Made by a program: the position numbers and the translations under genes | Sequence record: DRR378314_1707 | Length of the DNA: 52,696 nt | Reading direction: 5' to 3' (one strand) | Part shown: positions 20,468-29,492 of the stretch, in pieces | Layout of the letters: each line of letters starts with the position of its first letter | How positions within the stretch are numbered: position 1 is the first letter of the stretch | Notes under the pieces: generated by a model | Told to the model about the DNA's origin: nothing | Databases searched by the model: none | Seen by the model: the letters and a program-made list of their open reading frames with translations, nothing else

Positions 20468-20923
20468 ATGAAAGCCTTAGCGTACAGTTTTTACGGATTA
20501 AACGATTCAGTCCAGCGAATTGTCGGTGGTCTGCTACCCGTTGCACTGCTTCTTGGCCGCCTCTACGTGGCATGGGTGTTCTTCAAATCCGGCCTCACCA
20601 AGATTGATGACTGGGGGACGACGCTGTTTTTGTTTGAAGAGGAATACAGCGTGCCGCTGTTAAGCCCGGAGTTGGCTGCCTTCCTGGCCACGTTCGGGGA
20701 ACTGGTGTTTCCCGTCCTGCTCGTCCTTGGCCTGTTTTCTCTGGTGTCTTCCCTGGGTCTGTTTGTTATCAACATAGTTGCGGTAATCAGTCTGGAAATG
20801 ATTGCGCCGGCAGCCGAGCTGACCCACGTGGTATGGGGGTTGATCCTTTTGGCGCTGGCCATGTGTGGGCCCGGTCTGTTCTCGCTGGATACGCTGATTG
20901 GCGACAGGTTGAGAAGAGCCTGA
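20468..20923 (+). CDS. DoxX family membrane protein (BufD-like)
   Basis: RLYVAWVFFKSGLTK, LFEEEYSVPLL, GELVFPVLLVLGL, GPGLFSLD. Confidence 0.92.
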   Translation: MKALAYSFYGLNDSVQRIVGGLLPVALLLGRLYVAWVFFKSGLTKIDDWGTTLFLFEEEYSVPLLSPELAAFLATFGELVFPVLLVLGLFSLVSSLGLFVINIVAVISLEMIAPAAELTHVVWGLILLALAMCGPGLFSLDTLIGDRLRRA

Positions 20924-21032
20924 TTCTGAATTGTTCACCCCTTGGCGTATTCGGCATTTACCCTCGCATCGACAGTGTTCGCCGGGTACGCCCTTTTTCT
21001 TAATTGAAGTTATTGTCCGGAGGATATCCGTT

Positions 21033-21371
21033 GTGCCGATCGTAAACCTGAATACATTTGACGAACTGGGAGATCTTGCCAACAGGCACGAGTGGCTCCT
21101 ATTGGATTTTTGGGCGCCCTGGTGTGCGCCGTGCAAGGTTATGAACCCGGTTCTGGAGCAGTTCAGTCAATTGAACCCTGAAACGGCAGTGGTAAAAGTG
21201 GATGTGGATCAGAAGCATGACCTTGCCGCCAAATTTGGCGTCAGGGCTATCCCGACTCTGGTTCTGCTGAGGCGAGACCAGTTCATGGGCCAGGAGACAG
21301 GCTCCAAATCCCTGAAGGATCTGACCAACTGGATAGACGGTCTGAAACAGAAGGTATCGCAGTTGGCGTGA
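21033..21371 (+). CDS. Thioredoxin
   Basis: DFWAPWCAPCK; GGAGGA before GTG 21033. Confidence 0.9.
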   Translation: MPIVNLNTFDELGDLANRHEWLLLDFWAPWCAPCKVMNPVLEQFSQLNPETAVVKVDVDQKHDLAAKFGVRAIPTLVLLRRDQFMGQETGSKSLKDLTNWIDGLKQKVSQLA

Positions 21372-21403
21372 GTTGTTGGCGGTTTTCAGAGTAAACTCAG
21401 TTT

Positions 21404-21427
21404 GCCGGGCTCAAGCCCGGCTTTTTT
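21404..21427 (+). terminator. Intrinsic terminator after the bufferin/thioredoxin genes
   Basis: GCCGGGCT-ca-AGCCCGGC-TTTTTT. Confidence 0.8.
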
Positions 21428-21509
21428 ATGCGGAAATCAGGGATGATTCCCAATGAGATCGTAAGCTGAACGAAACTCATGACTGTGTGATGTGGAGACA
21501 AAAAAGACA

Positions 21510-22910
21510 ATGACCGTCGATGTGCTGAAATACCAGACACTTGAGAATACTCTGCGTCAGAGTATTGAAAGTGGCCGCTGGCAAGCTGGCGAACGACTCC
21601 CTTCAATAAGGACACTTTGTCACCAGCACGGCGTTTCCAAAATTACGGTTCAGCATTCGCTGCAGCGACTTGAAGCGCGGGGGTTGATCGAGGCCCGAGA
21701 GCGCAGCGGCTTTTTCGTTGCGCCTGGTCATCGCGAATTCGAGACTCCCAGTCAAGCCTCGACACTCGCCGCACCCAAACCTGTTTCGGTGAGCCAAGTG
21801 TTTCAGGACATCATGACCCGAAGCGCTGCCTTTGATTTGCTCCCTGATCACCGCCGGGAATTAGCGCCGCCAGGTATTGTTCAACTTAACCGGTCGATCG
21901 GGCGGGCACTGAGGCGTCAATCGGCAAGCTTTCAATACTATGACGAGCCGGCTGGTGACCCGGAGCTGAGATCCCAGCTTGCCCTGCGATCAGCCCGAAG
22001 AGGGTGGACGGCTGATGCCGATCAATTCTGCATCACATCTGGCTGCCAACAGTCCCTGTTTCTGGCCTTGATGGCCGTTTGCCAGCGCGGTGATGTGGTT
22101 GCAGTGGAAGCTCCGGGATTTTATGGCGTTCTTCAGTTACTTGAACAACTTCAGCTCAAGGTAGTCGAGATACCTGCATCGCCGATCAGTGGTATGGATA
22201 TACAGGCGCTTGAAGAGACTCTTCAGACCTGGGACGTAAAAGCTTGCGTGGTTTCACCGGCCTTTGCTACACCGACCGGCGCTGTGATGCCCCATGAAAC
22301 CCGCGTGCGTCTGCTCGCGCTAGCCGACCAACATCAGCTTGCCATTATTGAGGATGACATTTACGGCGATTCGGGTTGGTTAAACGTACCGGACACTTTG
22401 AAAGCGATTGATGAATCTGATCGGGTTATCCATTGCAGCTCTTTTTCCAAGGTGCTTTCGAGAGATCTCCGTTTGGGGTGGGTGTCAGGAGGAAGATGGC
22501 ATCAGCAAATCATGCAACTCAAACTGACGTCCCAGTTGGCAAGTAGTCGGTTTTTACAACAAGGAGTGGCGGATTTTATTGCAGAGGGTGGCTACTCATC
22601 CTTCCTCCGGCGCTATCGACAAAGTTTGCGCCAGCAGCGAGATCATTTGCTGACTCTTCTGGGAGACTGGCCGTTGCCTTTGCGTGCGACGGCTCCCAAT
22701 GGAGGCTTGGCTCTGTGGGTAGAGCTGCCTCCGGAGGTCGACACCTTGAGTCTTTACGCCGAAACGCTGAAAGAGGGCATTGTCATCACCCCTGGCAGCC
22801 TCTTTTCGGTATCAGGAAGGTTTTCAAACTGCCTGAGAATCAGTTTTGCCCATCCCTGGAATGGCGCCCGGATTGCCGCTTTGCACCGGTTATCCGAACT
22901 GGTGTCCTGA
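21510..22910 (+). CDS. MocR/GntR family PLP-dependent regulator
   Basis: N-terminal wHTH GERLPSIR; aminotransferase-like IIEDDIY, SSFSKVL, LRLGW. Confidence 0.92.
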   Translation: MTVDVLKYQTLENTLRQSIESGRWQAGERLPSIRTLCHQHGVSKITVQHSLQRLEARGLIEARERSGFFVAPGHREFETPSQASTLAAPKPVSVSQVFQDIMTRSAAFDLLPDHRRELAPPGIVQLNRSIGRALRRQSASFQYYDEPAGDPELRSQLALRSARRGWTADADQFCITSGCQQSLFLALMAVCQRGDVVAVEAPGFYGVLQLLEQLQLKVVEIPASPISGMDIQALEETLQTWDVKACVVSPAFATPTGAVMPHETRVRLLALADQHQLAIIEDDIYGDSGWLNVPDTLKAIDESDRVIHCSSFSKVLSRDLRLGWVSGGRWHQQIMQLKLTSQLASSRFLQQGVADFIAEGGYSSFLRRYRQSLRQQRDHLLTLLGDWPLPLRATAPNGGLALWVELPPEVDTLSLYAETLKEGIVITPGSLFSVSGRFSNCLRISFAHPWNGARIAALHRLSELVS

Positions 22911-22921
22911 AGATTCCTTAT

Positions 22922-22962
22922 CTGTCCCTATTGTTTATAAAAAAAGTGGTCCTGCCCCTATT
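22922..22962 (+). promoter_or_regulatory. Direct repeat, putative MocR-type site upstream of ccoG
   Basis: CTGTCCCTATT (22922) and CTGCCCCTATT (22952), 30-bp period with A-tract between. Confidence 0.5.
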
Positions 22963-23003
22963 TAAAGCGAGCGATTATCCTCCTGCCATCCGTTTCTGAT
23001 CGA

Positions 23004-24419
23004 ATGTGGCAAGGTGCGCAGCGAATGAGTCGCCTGATCTCTGTTAAGCAAATCGAATCGTCATTAACAACTCATGGGCCTGAACAGAAAATTCAGCCGC
23101 GAAGCTTTTCCGGGCTTTACCGCCGTTTGAGGATAACCGGCGGGTTTGTACTCTTCGCCCTGTATTTCGGCGTAGCCTGGCTCGACTGGGGTGGCAGGCA
23201 GGCCGTACTCTGGGATCTCTCTGATAAAAAATTCCACATTTTCTCGGCTACTTTTTGGCCGGAAGACCTCGTGTTGCTTTCTGGAATCCTCTTGATTTGC
23301 GCCTTCGGCCTGTTTTTCCTGACCGTATTGGCCGGGCGGGTATGGTGTGGCTATGCCTGTCCCCAGAGTGTCTGGACTTGGCTATTCCTTTGGGCTGAGC
23401 GAATGGCAGAGGGGGATCGCTCGAGGCGGATTAAACTTGATGCAGCTCCCCTTTCATTGAACAAGTTTGCTCGTCGAGGTTACAAGCATGGCCTGTGGTT
23501 GCTGATCAGCCTTGCAACGGCAATAACGTTTGTAGGGTATTTCACGCCCATACGGGATTTTGTCAGTGATCTTTTTTCCATGGAAGCATCCGGGTGGGCT
23601 GTTTTCTGGCTTCTGTTTTTTACGGCAGCTACCTATCTGAATGCCGGCTGGCTCCGGGAGAAGGTCTGTTTTCACATGTGCCCATACGGTCGGTTCCAAT
23701 CGTCCATGGTGGATGCGGATTCCTTGGTTATCTCCTATGACGTTGCTCGGGGTGAACCGAGAGGGTCCCGGAAAAAGGACGCTGCGTCGCCATCAAGTGG
23801 ACTCGGCGATTGTATTGACTGCCAGCTGTGTGTGCAGGTGTGTCCGACCGGAATCGATATTCGCGATGGCCTGCAAATGGAATGCATCGGGTGTGCGGCC
23901 TGCATCGACGCCTGCGACTCGATCATGGACAAGATGGGGTATGACCGCGGCCTGGTGCGTTACGCCAGCGAGCGCGAGCTAAAAGGCGGAAAAACAAACC
24001 TGTTGCGACCACGACTGGTGGGGTATTTCGCGTTCCTGATTCTGATGATAGGTTTCTTTGCCTGGGGTGTGGCATCCCGGCCATTGGTCACACTCGACGT
24101 AGAGAGGGACCGGGGAATGTATCGTTTTACAAGCGAGGGCAACATTGAAAACAGTTATTTGCTCAAGCTTACCAACAAAGACAGCAGCCCGAGATACCTG
24201 GTGATCGAGGTTGGCGGCTCCAAAGATGCCTCAGCCACAGGTCCCGGAGGTGTTGTGGTGGAAGCAGGTGAGAGGATCGAGGTTCCGTTTTCCGTAGCTT
24301 TGCCATCGACCTCCCTCGAGGCTGGCCCCAACGACATTGTATTTGAGATCAGTTCGCTGAATGGAAAAGGGGCTCTAATCACGGAAACCACTACGTTTCT
24401 TGGCCCACGGAAAGACTGA
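23004..24419 (+). CDS. ccoG: Cytochrome c oxidase accessory protein CcoG/FixG
   Basis: GRVWCGYACPQSVW, CPYGRFQS, CIDCQLCVQVCPTGIDIR, CIGCAACIDAC; start may be 23025. Confidence 0.94.
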   Translation: MWQGAQRMSRLISVKQIESSLTTHGPEQKIQPRSFSGLYRRLRITGGFVLFALYFGVAWLDWGGRQAVLWDLSDKKFHIFSATFWPEDLVLLSGILLICAFGLFFLTVLAGRVWCGYACPQSVWTWLFLWAERMAEGDRSRRIKLDAAPLSLNKFARRGYKHGLWLLISLATAITFVGYFTPIRDFVSDLFSMEASGWAVFWLLFFTAATYLNAGWLREKVCFHMCPYGRFQSSMVDADSLVISYDVARGEPRGSRKKDAASPSSGLGDCIDCQLCVQVCPTGIDIRDGLQMECIGCAACIDACDSIMDKMGYDRGLVRYASERELKGGKTNLLRPRLVGYFAFLILMIGFFAWGVASRPLVTLDVERDRGMYRFTSEGNIENSYLLKLTNKDSSPRYLVIEVGGSKDASATGPGGVVVEAGERIEVPFSVALPSTSLEAGPNDIVFEISSLNGKGALITETTTFLGPRKD

Positions 24420-24440
24420 TGGCGTTGCTTTGAAGACCTT

Positions 24441-24477
24441 AAAAAGGGACGACTGCCAGTCCGGCGAGTCGTCCCTT
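24441..24477. terminator. Terminator hairpin between convergent ccoG and dsbG
   Basis: AAAAAGGGACGACT...AGTCGTCCCTT. Confidence 0.7.
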
Positions 24478-24482
24478 GAGCT

Positions 24483-25250
24483 TCAAGGATTCATGATGTG
24501 ATTAAGTTCACTCTCTGGTGGCAGACCAAGCCGCATCCTCACATTGCCGTTGCCATCTTGGTAATAGATTCCAGGAGTGGCACTAACGCCAAGGTTGGAC
24601 ATCAAGCGGTTATTCGCTTCCACCTGGGCTTTGCCTCGCTCCGAGGCCGCGTGGACCGGCACGATGCCTCCACTCCGGAAGGTCTCAAAGTTCTTGATAT
24701 ACGCTCCGTGGGGTTTGTTCGAGCCAAGGATTGTTGAAGCTTTCGCAACACTGTCGCTGGCAAGCACTCCGACTACGATATGCCTGATTTGAACTTTGCC
24801 CTCGTTAATCCATGGCAAGGCGGCTGTCCGGAACCTGTGACAATATGGGCAGTTTGGGTCTACGAAGGCGTAAACCACGGTTTCTGCGTTCGGGTCACCG
24901 TCCTGAATCCAATGGCTGTTTTCAAGCTCTGCCCAGGCCTGTTGATTTTTTGCATCATGGAAAAGCTCTTGAACTCTGGGAGCAGAGAGATTTGAACCTT
25001 TCTTATCGATCAGCGTTCCAACAAATGCATGCTCTCCGTCTTGGGTAACGTACAGAGTGACCGGAGAACCGTTCGAATCGAGTACATAGCCGGTCATACC
25101 GTCAACGGCCTTAAAGGAAGAGACAACCTTCAGCCCACGATCCGTTACCTGTTTGATAATTGGAGCATGACCTGCGGAGCCATGAGCTGTTGCCGAGAAA
25201 AGAAAGGCCGCACTGATCACTGCCGCCAGCCCCGAGATCTTGTTGTCCAT
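24483..25250 (-). CDS. dsbG: Thiol:disulfide interchange protein DsbG
   Basis: Signal peptide; WIQDG, FVDPNCPYC, ATP cis-Pro loop. Confidence 0.9.
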   Translation of the reverse strand: MDNKISGLAAVISAAFLFSATAHGSAGHAPIIKQVTDRGLKVVSSFKAVDGMTGYVLDSNGSPVTLYVTQDGEHAFVGTLIDKKGSNLSAPRVQELFHDAKNQQAWAELENSHWIQDGDPNAETVVYAFVDPNCPYCHRFRTAALPWINEGKVQIRHIVVGVLASDSVAKASTILGSNKPHGAYIKNFETFRSGGIVPVHAASERGKAQVEANNRLMSNLGVSATPGIYYQDGNGNVRMRLGLPPESELNHIMNP

Positions 25251-25395
25251 GACGTTTACCCTTTTGCAGAGGTGGATCGAGTAGTTGAGGGCTCTAATCT
25301 AGTACCAACAAAAGTCGGGTAGGCGGCAAAATGTATTTGAAAGTTTGCAGAATGTTTTAAAGCACCAATTTCTATTGCTGCATCCGCCGCAGAAA

Positions 25396-25866
25396 TCAGA
25401 GACCCAGGTCACTGAGGCCGGGGTGATCATCCGGTCGGCGACCGAGCGGCCAACGGAAAAGCCGGTCTGATTCTTTGATGGGACTATCGTTGATACATGC
25501 GAAGCGTCGCTGCATCAGGCCGTCGGCATCGAATTCCCAATTTTCATTTCCGTAGGACCGGAACCAGTTCCCGCTGTCGTCGTGCCATTCGTAGGCATAG
25601 CGCACGGCGATGCGGTTGTCGGTGTAGGCCCAGAGTTCCTTGATAAGGCGGTAATCCAGTTCGCGATTCCATTTGCGGGTGAGGAATTCTTCGACCTGTT
25701 TGCGGCCATTGGCGAACTCCGCCCGGTTGCGCCAGCGGGTGTCCGCTGTGTAGGCGAGGGCAACCTTCGCCGGGTCCCGGCTGTTCCAGCCATCTTCGGC
25801 AAGGCGGACCTTTTCAATGGCACTTTCCCGCGTGAAGGGAGGTAGTGGTGGACGTTGGGTACTCAT
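25396..25866 (-). CDS. DUF1348 family (NTF2/SnoaL-like fold) protein
   Basis: RPPLPPFT...[40 protein letters not shown]. Confidence 0.92.
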   Translation of the reverse strand: MSTQRPPLPPFTRESAIEKVRLAEDGWNSRDPAKVALAYTADTRWRNRAEFANGRKQVEEFLTRKWNRELDYRLIKELWAYTDNRIAVRYAYEWHDDSGNWFRSYGNENWEFDADGLMQRRFACINDSPIKESDRLFRWPLGRRPDDHPGLSDLGL

Positions 25867-25912
25867 AGGGCTTCTCCAGTTGTGGCAAAACACAGTAAAT
25901 TGGTCGCCTTGA

Positions 25913-26509
25913 TTAGAGCAGGGCGGCCAACTCGTTTCGTGCACGGTGCAGAATGACCCGCAGGTTTCCGTGAGAAATCTCCAGCACTTCGGACACCTGC
26001 GAACCAGTCAGGGGGCTCATGCCCTTCAGCAGAATCGCGTTAGCGTGGTCCCGGTTCATCTTCTTCAATTCAACGCGAATGCGTTCTTGAACCTTTGCAG
26101 TCTGGGTAGCCAGCTCCGGTTCGCTAAGATGTCCGGCGGTACCACTAAATTGGTTCTCCTGTGAGTTATCGGATAACAGGGCGAGGCTGGGCGTTGCGGG
26201 AAACTCTTTCCGATTTTGTCGATACGTGTTGAAGGCTTTATTGGTGACAATACGGCACAGCCAGGTCTTGAGTGACGAACGGCCCTCGAAAGACCCAATG
26301 GCTCCAATGGCCGCCATCCAGGCCTCCTGAACAATATCTTCGGCAACGGCTACAGAGGTGTATTTCGCCGCAACTCTCAGCATTACTGGATGATATCTCC
26401 GGTAAGCTTCCGCAAAGGCTTTCGGGTGTCCGGCCTGCAAGCCATCGATCAGATCAGCTTCAAGCCCAAACACAGGCGCCTTCCGGGTAGTTTTGATTTG
26501 TATCTCCAT
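25913..26509 (-). CDS. ECF sigma-70 factor
   Basis: [23 protein letters not shown], region 4 [16 protein letters not shown]. Confidence 0.88.
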   Translation of the reverse strand: MEIQIKTTRKAPVFGLEADLIDGLQAGHPKAFAEAYRRYHPVMLRVAAKYTSVAVAEDIVQEAWMAAIGAIGSFEGRSSLKTWLCRIVTNKAFNTYRQNRKEFPATPSLALLSDNSQENQFSGTAGHLSEPELATQTAKVQERIRVELKKMNRDHANAILLKGMSPLTGSQVSEVLEISHGNLRVILHRARNELAALL

Positions 26510-26612
26510 CGTGCTCTTCTCCGTGCCGTGTTCGCTGGTGGTTCGTTAATGAAACCGACAACAACACCAGTCAAAAAACACCCTGTTCATAACGCCCGTG
26601 GCATTTCCTGAT

Positions 26613-26655
26613 ATAGACAGGTCGGTCTATTTTTAATTCTAGACAGATCTGTCTA
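26613..26655. promoter_or_regulatory. Tandem TetR operator palindromes
   Basis: ATAGACAGGTCGGTCTAT (26613-26630) and perfect TAGACAGATCTGTCTA (26640-26655). Confidence 0.75.
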
Positions 26656-26698
26656 ACTTGGTCAAGATATATTCAGTCAAAAAAATAGAGGTCTAGAG

Positions 26699-27268
26699 AT
26701 GGGACGAAGACAGGATTTGATCGATACGGCTTTGCGACTGTTTTACGAACACGGGATCCATGCTATCGGTATTAACCAGGTGCTCCAGGAGTCCGGCGTT
26801 GCAAAGCAAACGCTCTACAATCATTTTGACAGCAAGGACAGCCTGGTAGAGGCTGCCGTCGAACATCGCGATAAACTGTTTTTCCAATGGCTGGAGTCAC
26901 GAATGAACAGTCAGCCGGCGGGAAGGGAGGCTCTCATGGAGATGTTTGATGCGGTTCACGACTGGTTCAATAACCGCGTAACAACACTGCATCGTTTCTA
27001 TGGGTGCTTTTTTATCAATACCTGCGGAGAGTACAGCGATCCCGAGCACCCTGTACACAAACGATGTGCAGCACACAAAACCAGGGTTTTCGAACTCCTG
27101 AAGCGGCACACTCTGGAAATCTGCACTTCAGAAACTGAAGCAGAAGAGTTGGCCAATGCACTGTTTTTATTGAAAGAGGGCTCTATTGTTAAGGCGCATG
27201 TTGAAGGTGATCTGGATGCTGCGCTGAAGGCAAAGGCGATTGCCTCAAGGATGATTTCGCCGCACTGA
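26699..27268 (+). CDS. TetR/AcrR family regulator
   Basis: LFYEHGIHAIGI...SGVAKQTLYNHFDSKDSL; GCFFIN. Confidence 0.93.
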   Translation: MGRRQDLIDTALRLFYEHGIHAIGINQVLQESGVAKQTLYNHFDSKDSLVEAAVEHRDKLFFQWLESRMNSQPAGREALMEMFDAVHDWFNNRVTTLHRFYGCFFINTCGEYSDPEHPVHKRCAAHKTRVFELLKRHTLEICTSETEAEELANALFLLKEGSIVKAHVEGDLDAALKAKAIASRMISPH

Positions 27269-27294
27269 GATACAGAACGGCGAAGTCCAGATGG

Positions 27295-27540
27295 TTATCG
27301 ATACCTTGAAACAGGCACATTGAGTCCGGAGGATTTCTGGCAATCCCGCTCGCTGGACAGCTTACCGAGCATGAAAACGCAGAACGGAACGCAGTAGGTC
27401 AGGACTGCCGGCAGCCATTGAATTTCCTGGTATCCGAACAGCGCATCATGCTGGTTGATCAGCAATAGAATTGAACCTACTACAAGGGCAACCTTTGCCG
27501 ACTGTGTGTAGTAACGCCTGAACAGTTCAAGCAACTGCAT
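27295..27540 (-). CDS. NrtS-like small membrane protein
   Basis: KVALVVGSILLLINQ...LTYCVPFCV; overlaps upstream gene. Confidence 0.75.
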   Translation of the reverse strand: MQLLELFRRYYTQSAKVALVVGSILLLINQHDALFGYQEIQWLPAVLTYCVPFCVFMLGKLSSERDCQKSSGLNVPVSRYR

Positions 27541-28948
27541 GGGGCGCCTCCTTAAGTTCTGTTTCTTTCAGCTTCTCTGCAGCATCCCGGAAGGCGGTGC
27601 GAACACCTTCTTCAATAACCGGGTGATAGAAAGGCATCCCGAGTATCTCGTTTACCGTAAGAGACTGCTGTACGGCCCAGGCCAAGAGGTGACCGATATG
27701 CTCCGCTGCAGGCCCAAACATTTCTGCGCCCAGGAGAATGCCGCTGTGCTTGTCTGCGTAGATTTTCAGCATGCCCTGGTTCTTGGCCATTACGCGGCTT
27801 CTTCCCTGATTGTGAAAGCTGACCTTCCCGGTGATGAAGCTGTGTGGCACCAGCTCGTGCGCACGTTTGCCCACGCTGGCAATTTGGGGGTCGGAAAAGA
27901 CGACGCCCAGCCCGGCGCGTCGATGGCCGGCTTCCACTGTGGGGAAGGTTCCCGCGTTGCTACCGGCAATACGCCCTTCATCTGAGGCTTCATGCAGTAG
28001 GGGCAACTCGTTGTTCGCGTCACCTGCAATAAAGATGTGCGGTGTACTGGTTTGCATGGTGTGCCGGTCGTAGGTGGGAACGCCGCGGGCGTCCAGGGCA
28101 ATGCCGGTACTCTCGAGGCCAAGCTTGTCAGTGTTCGGAGTGCGACCGGTTGCCGCCAGGACATAGTCAACCACTACCGTGTGAACGATGCCTCCTGACG
28201 TGCGATAGGTTACCTGCACGCCGTTCAGGGTTTCTTTTGCTGCGAGGACTTCCGCGTGAAGGACCAGATCGAATTCGGACCGGAACGTATCCGCCGCAAT
28301 TTTCCGGATTTCCGAGTCGGCAATTCCACCAATCGAGTCGTTCCGCGACAGCATCGAAACTTTGACGTTGAGTCGGCTTAGAGCCTGTCCCAGCTCCAGA
28401 CCGATAACACCGGCCCCGACGACAAGTACGGATGTTGGAAGGTGCTCCAGTTCGAATACATCGTCGTTAACGAGCAGGCGGCTACCCGCGCCCTTAAGTG
28501 CCTCAGGAATAAATGGTCTGGACCCGGTTGCGATAACAATCCGGTCGGCAGTGATTTCAAGACCGTTATCAATCAGCAAACGATGGGCGTCCACGAATCG
28601 AGCGTATCCACGGACCTTGTGGCTATCTTCAAACTCGTCGACATCTTCGACAACAAACCCGACGAAACGGTCGCGCTCTCTTTTTACCCGATCCATGACC
28701 GCCGCACCGTCAGTCTCTACCGTCGGGACATTAAGCCCGAAAACCCCCGCATGCTTTGCGCCGTGGGCGGCTTCTGCGGCAGCAATCAGAAGCTTGCTGG
28801 GCATACAGCCCACACGCGCGCAAGTGGTGCCATAGTGGCTACCCTCAATCAGCGCGATGCTGTCTGTATGTTTGCTAGCTTCGCGATAGGCACCCATGCC
28901 GGCTGTGCCCGTGCCAATGATGGCAACATCAACTTTTCGTTTGAGCAT
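27527..28948 (-). CDS. Pyridine nucleotide-disulfide oxidoreductase (dihydrolipoyl dehydrogenase-like / glutathione amide reductase-like)
   Basis: GTGTAG, TTCARVGCMPSK, GAGVIGLE, FYHPVIEEG. Confidence 0.9.
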   Translation of the reverse strand: MLKRKVDVAIIGTGTAGMGAYREASKHTDSIALIEGSHYGTTCARVGCMPSKLLIAAAEAAHGAKHAGVFGLNVPTVETDGAAVMDRVKRERDRFVGFVVEDVDEFEDSHKVRGYARFVDAHRLLIDNGLEITADRIVIATGSRPFIPEALKGAGSRLLVNDDVFELEHLPTSVLVVGAGVIGLELGQALSRLNVKVSMLSRNDSIGGIADSEIRKIAADTFRSEFDLVLHAEVLAAKETLNGVQVTYRTSGGIVHTVVVDYVLAATGRTPNTDKLGLESTGIALDARGVPTYDRHTMQTSTPHIFIAGDANNELPLLHEASDEGRIAGSNAGTFPTVEAGHRRAGLGVVFSDPQIASVGKRAHELVPHSFITGKVSFHNQGRSRVMAKNQGMLKIYADKHSGILLGAEMFGPAAEHIGHLLAWAVQQSLTVNEILGMPFYHPVIEEGVRTAFRDAAEKLKETELKEAPHAVA

Positions 28949-28978
28949 TTTCGCTCTCCTGTACGTTGTGAGGATCGT

Positions 28979-29272
28979 TCACAAGGTTTGTTCCTGATCA
29001 GCCGCCTGGGCTGCATGGCGCTGCAGGTAGTGGACGATATCCTGGGATTCGTACAGCCAGCGGACTTTTCCGTTTGATTCGATTCTCAGGCAGGGAACCT
29101 GCGCTCGACCGCCACCTTTGATCAACTCTGCTCGGTAGGCAGGGTTTCTGGCGATATCACGTTCGTCCACTTCGAGGTCGATGTGCTTTATCGCAGAGCG
29201 AGTGAATGCGCAAAAAGGGCATGAACGGTGGTGGTACAAAGAGAACGATGTGGGTTGCGAACTGACTGACAT
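28979..29272 (-). CDS. Glutaredoxin family protein
   Basis: SCPFC, GGRAQVPCLRI, WLYESQDI. Confidence 0.88.
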   Translation of the reverse strand: MSVSSQPTSFSLYHHRSCPFCAFTRSAIKHIDLEVDERDIARNPAYRAELIKGGGRAQVPCLRIESNGKVRWLYESQDIVHYLQRHAAQAADQEQTL

Positions 29273-29432
29273 GGGCTGTCTCCTTCGTAATGAATGTAAC
29301 TGCCATTCTCTGTTCTTTGGCCAGAGTAGAGGCGGCAGGACGGTTGGAATAGTTGTCCATCTGTTTGAGGAGTCCGTTGGTCATGCGCATGTGTGCAAAA
29401 AATAGTCAATATGCGCTTGCATCACTCCGCTA

Positions 29433-29448
29433 GATGTATATACACTTA
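29433..29448. promoter_or_regulatory. Putative MarR operator, copy 2
   Basis: GATGTATATACACTTA upstream of hydrolase; 12/14 to AGTGTATATACACT. Confidence 0.6.
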
Positions 29449-29492
29449 ACTTCATTACATTCTGGAACAGGTGTTCCTGTGTCGATAGTTCA

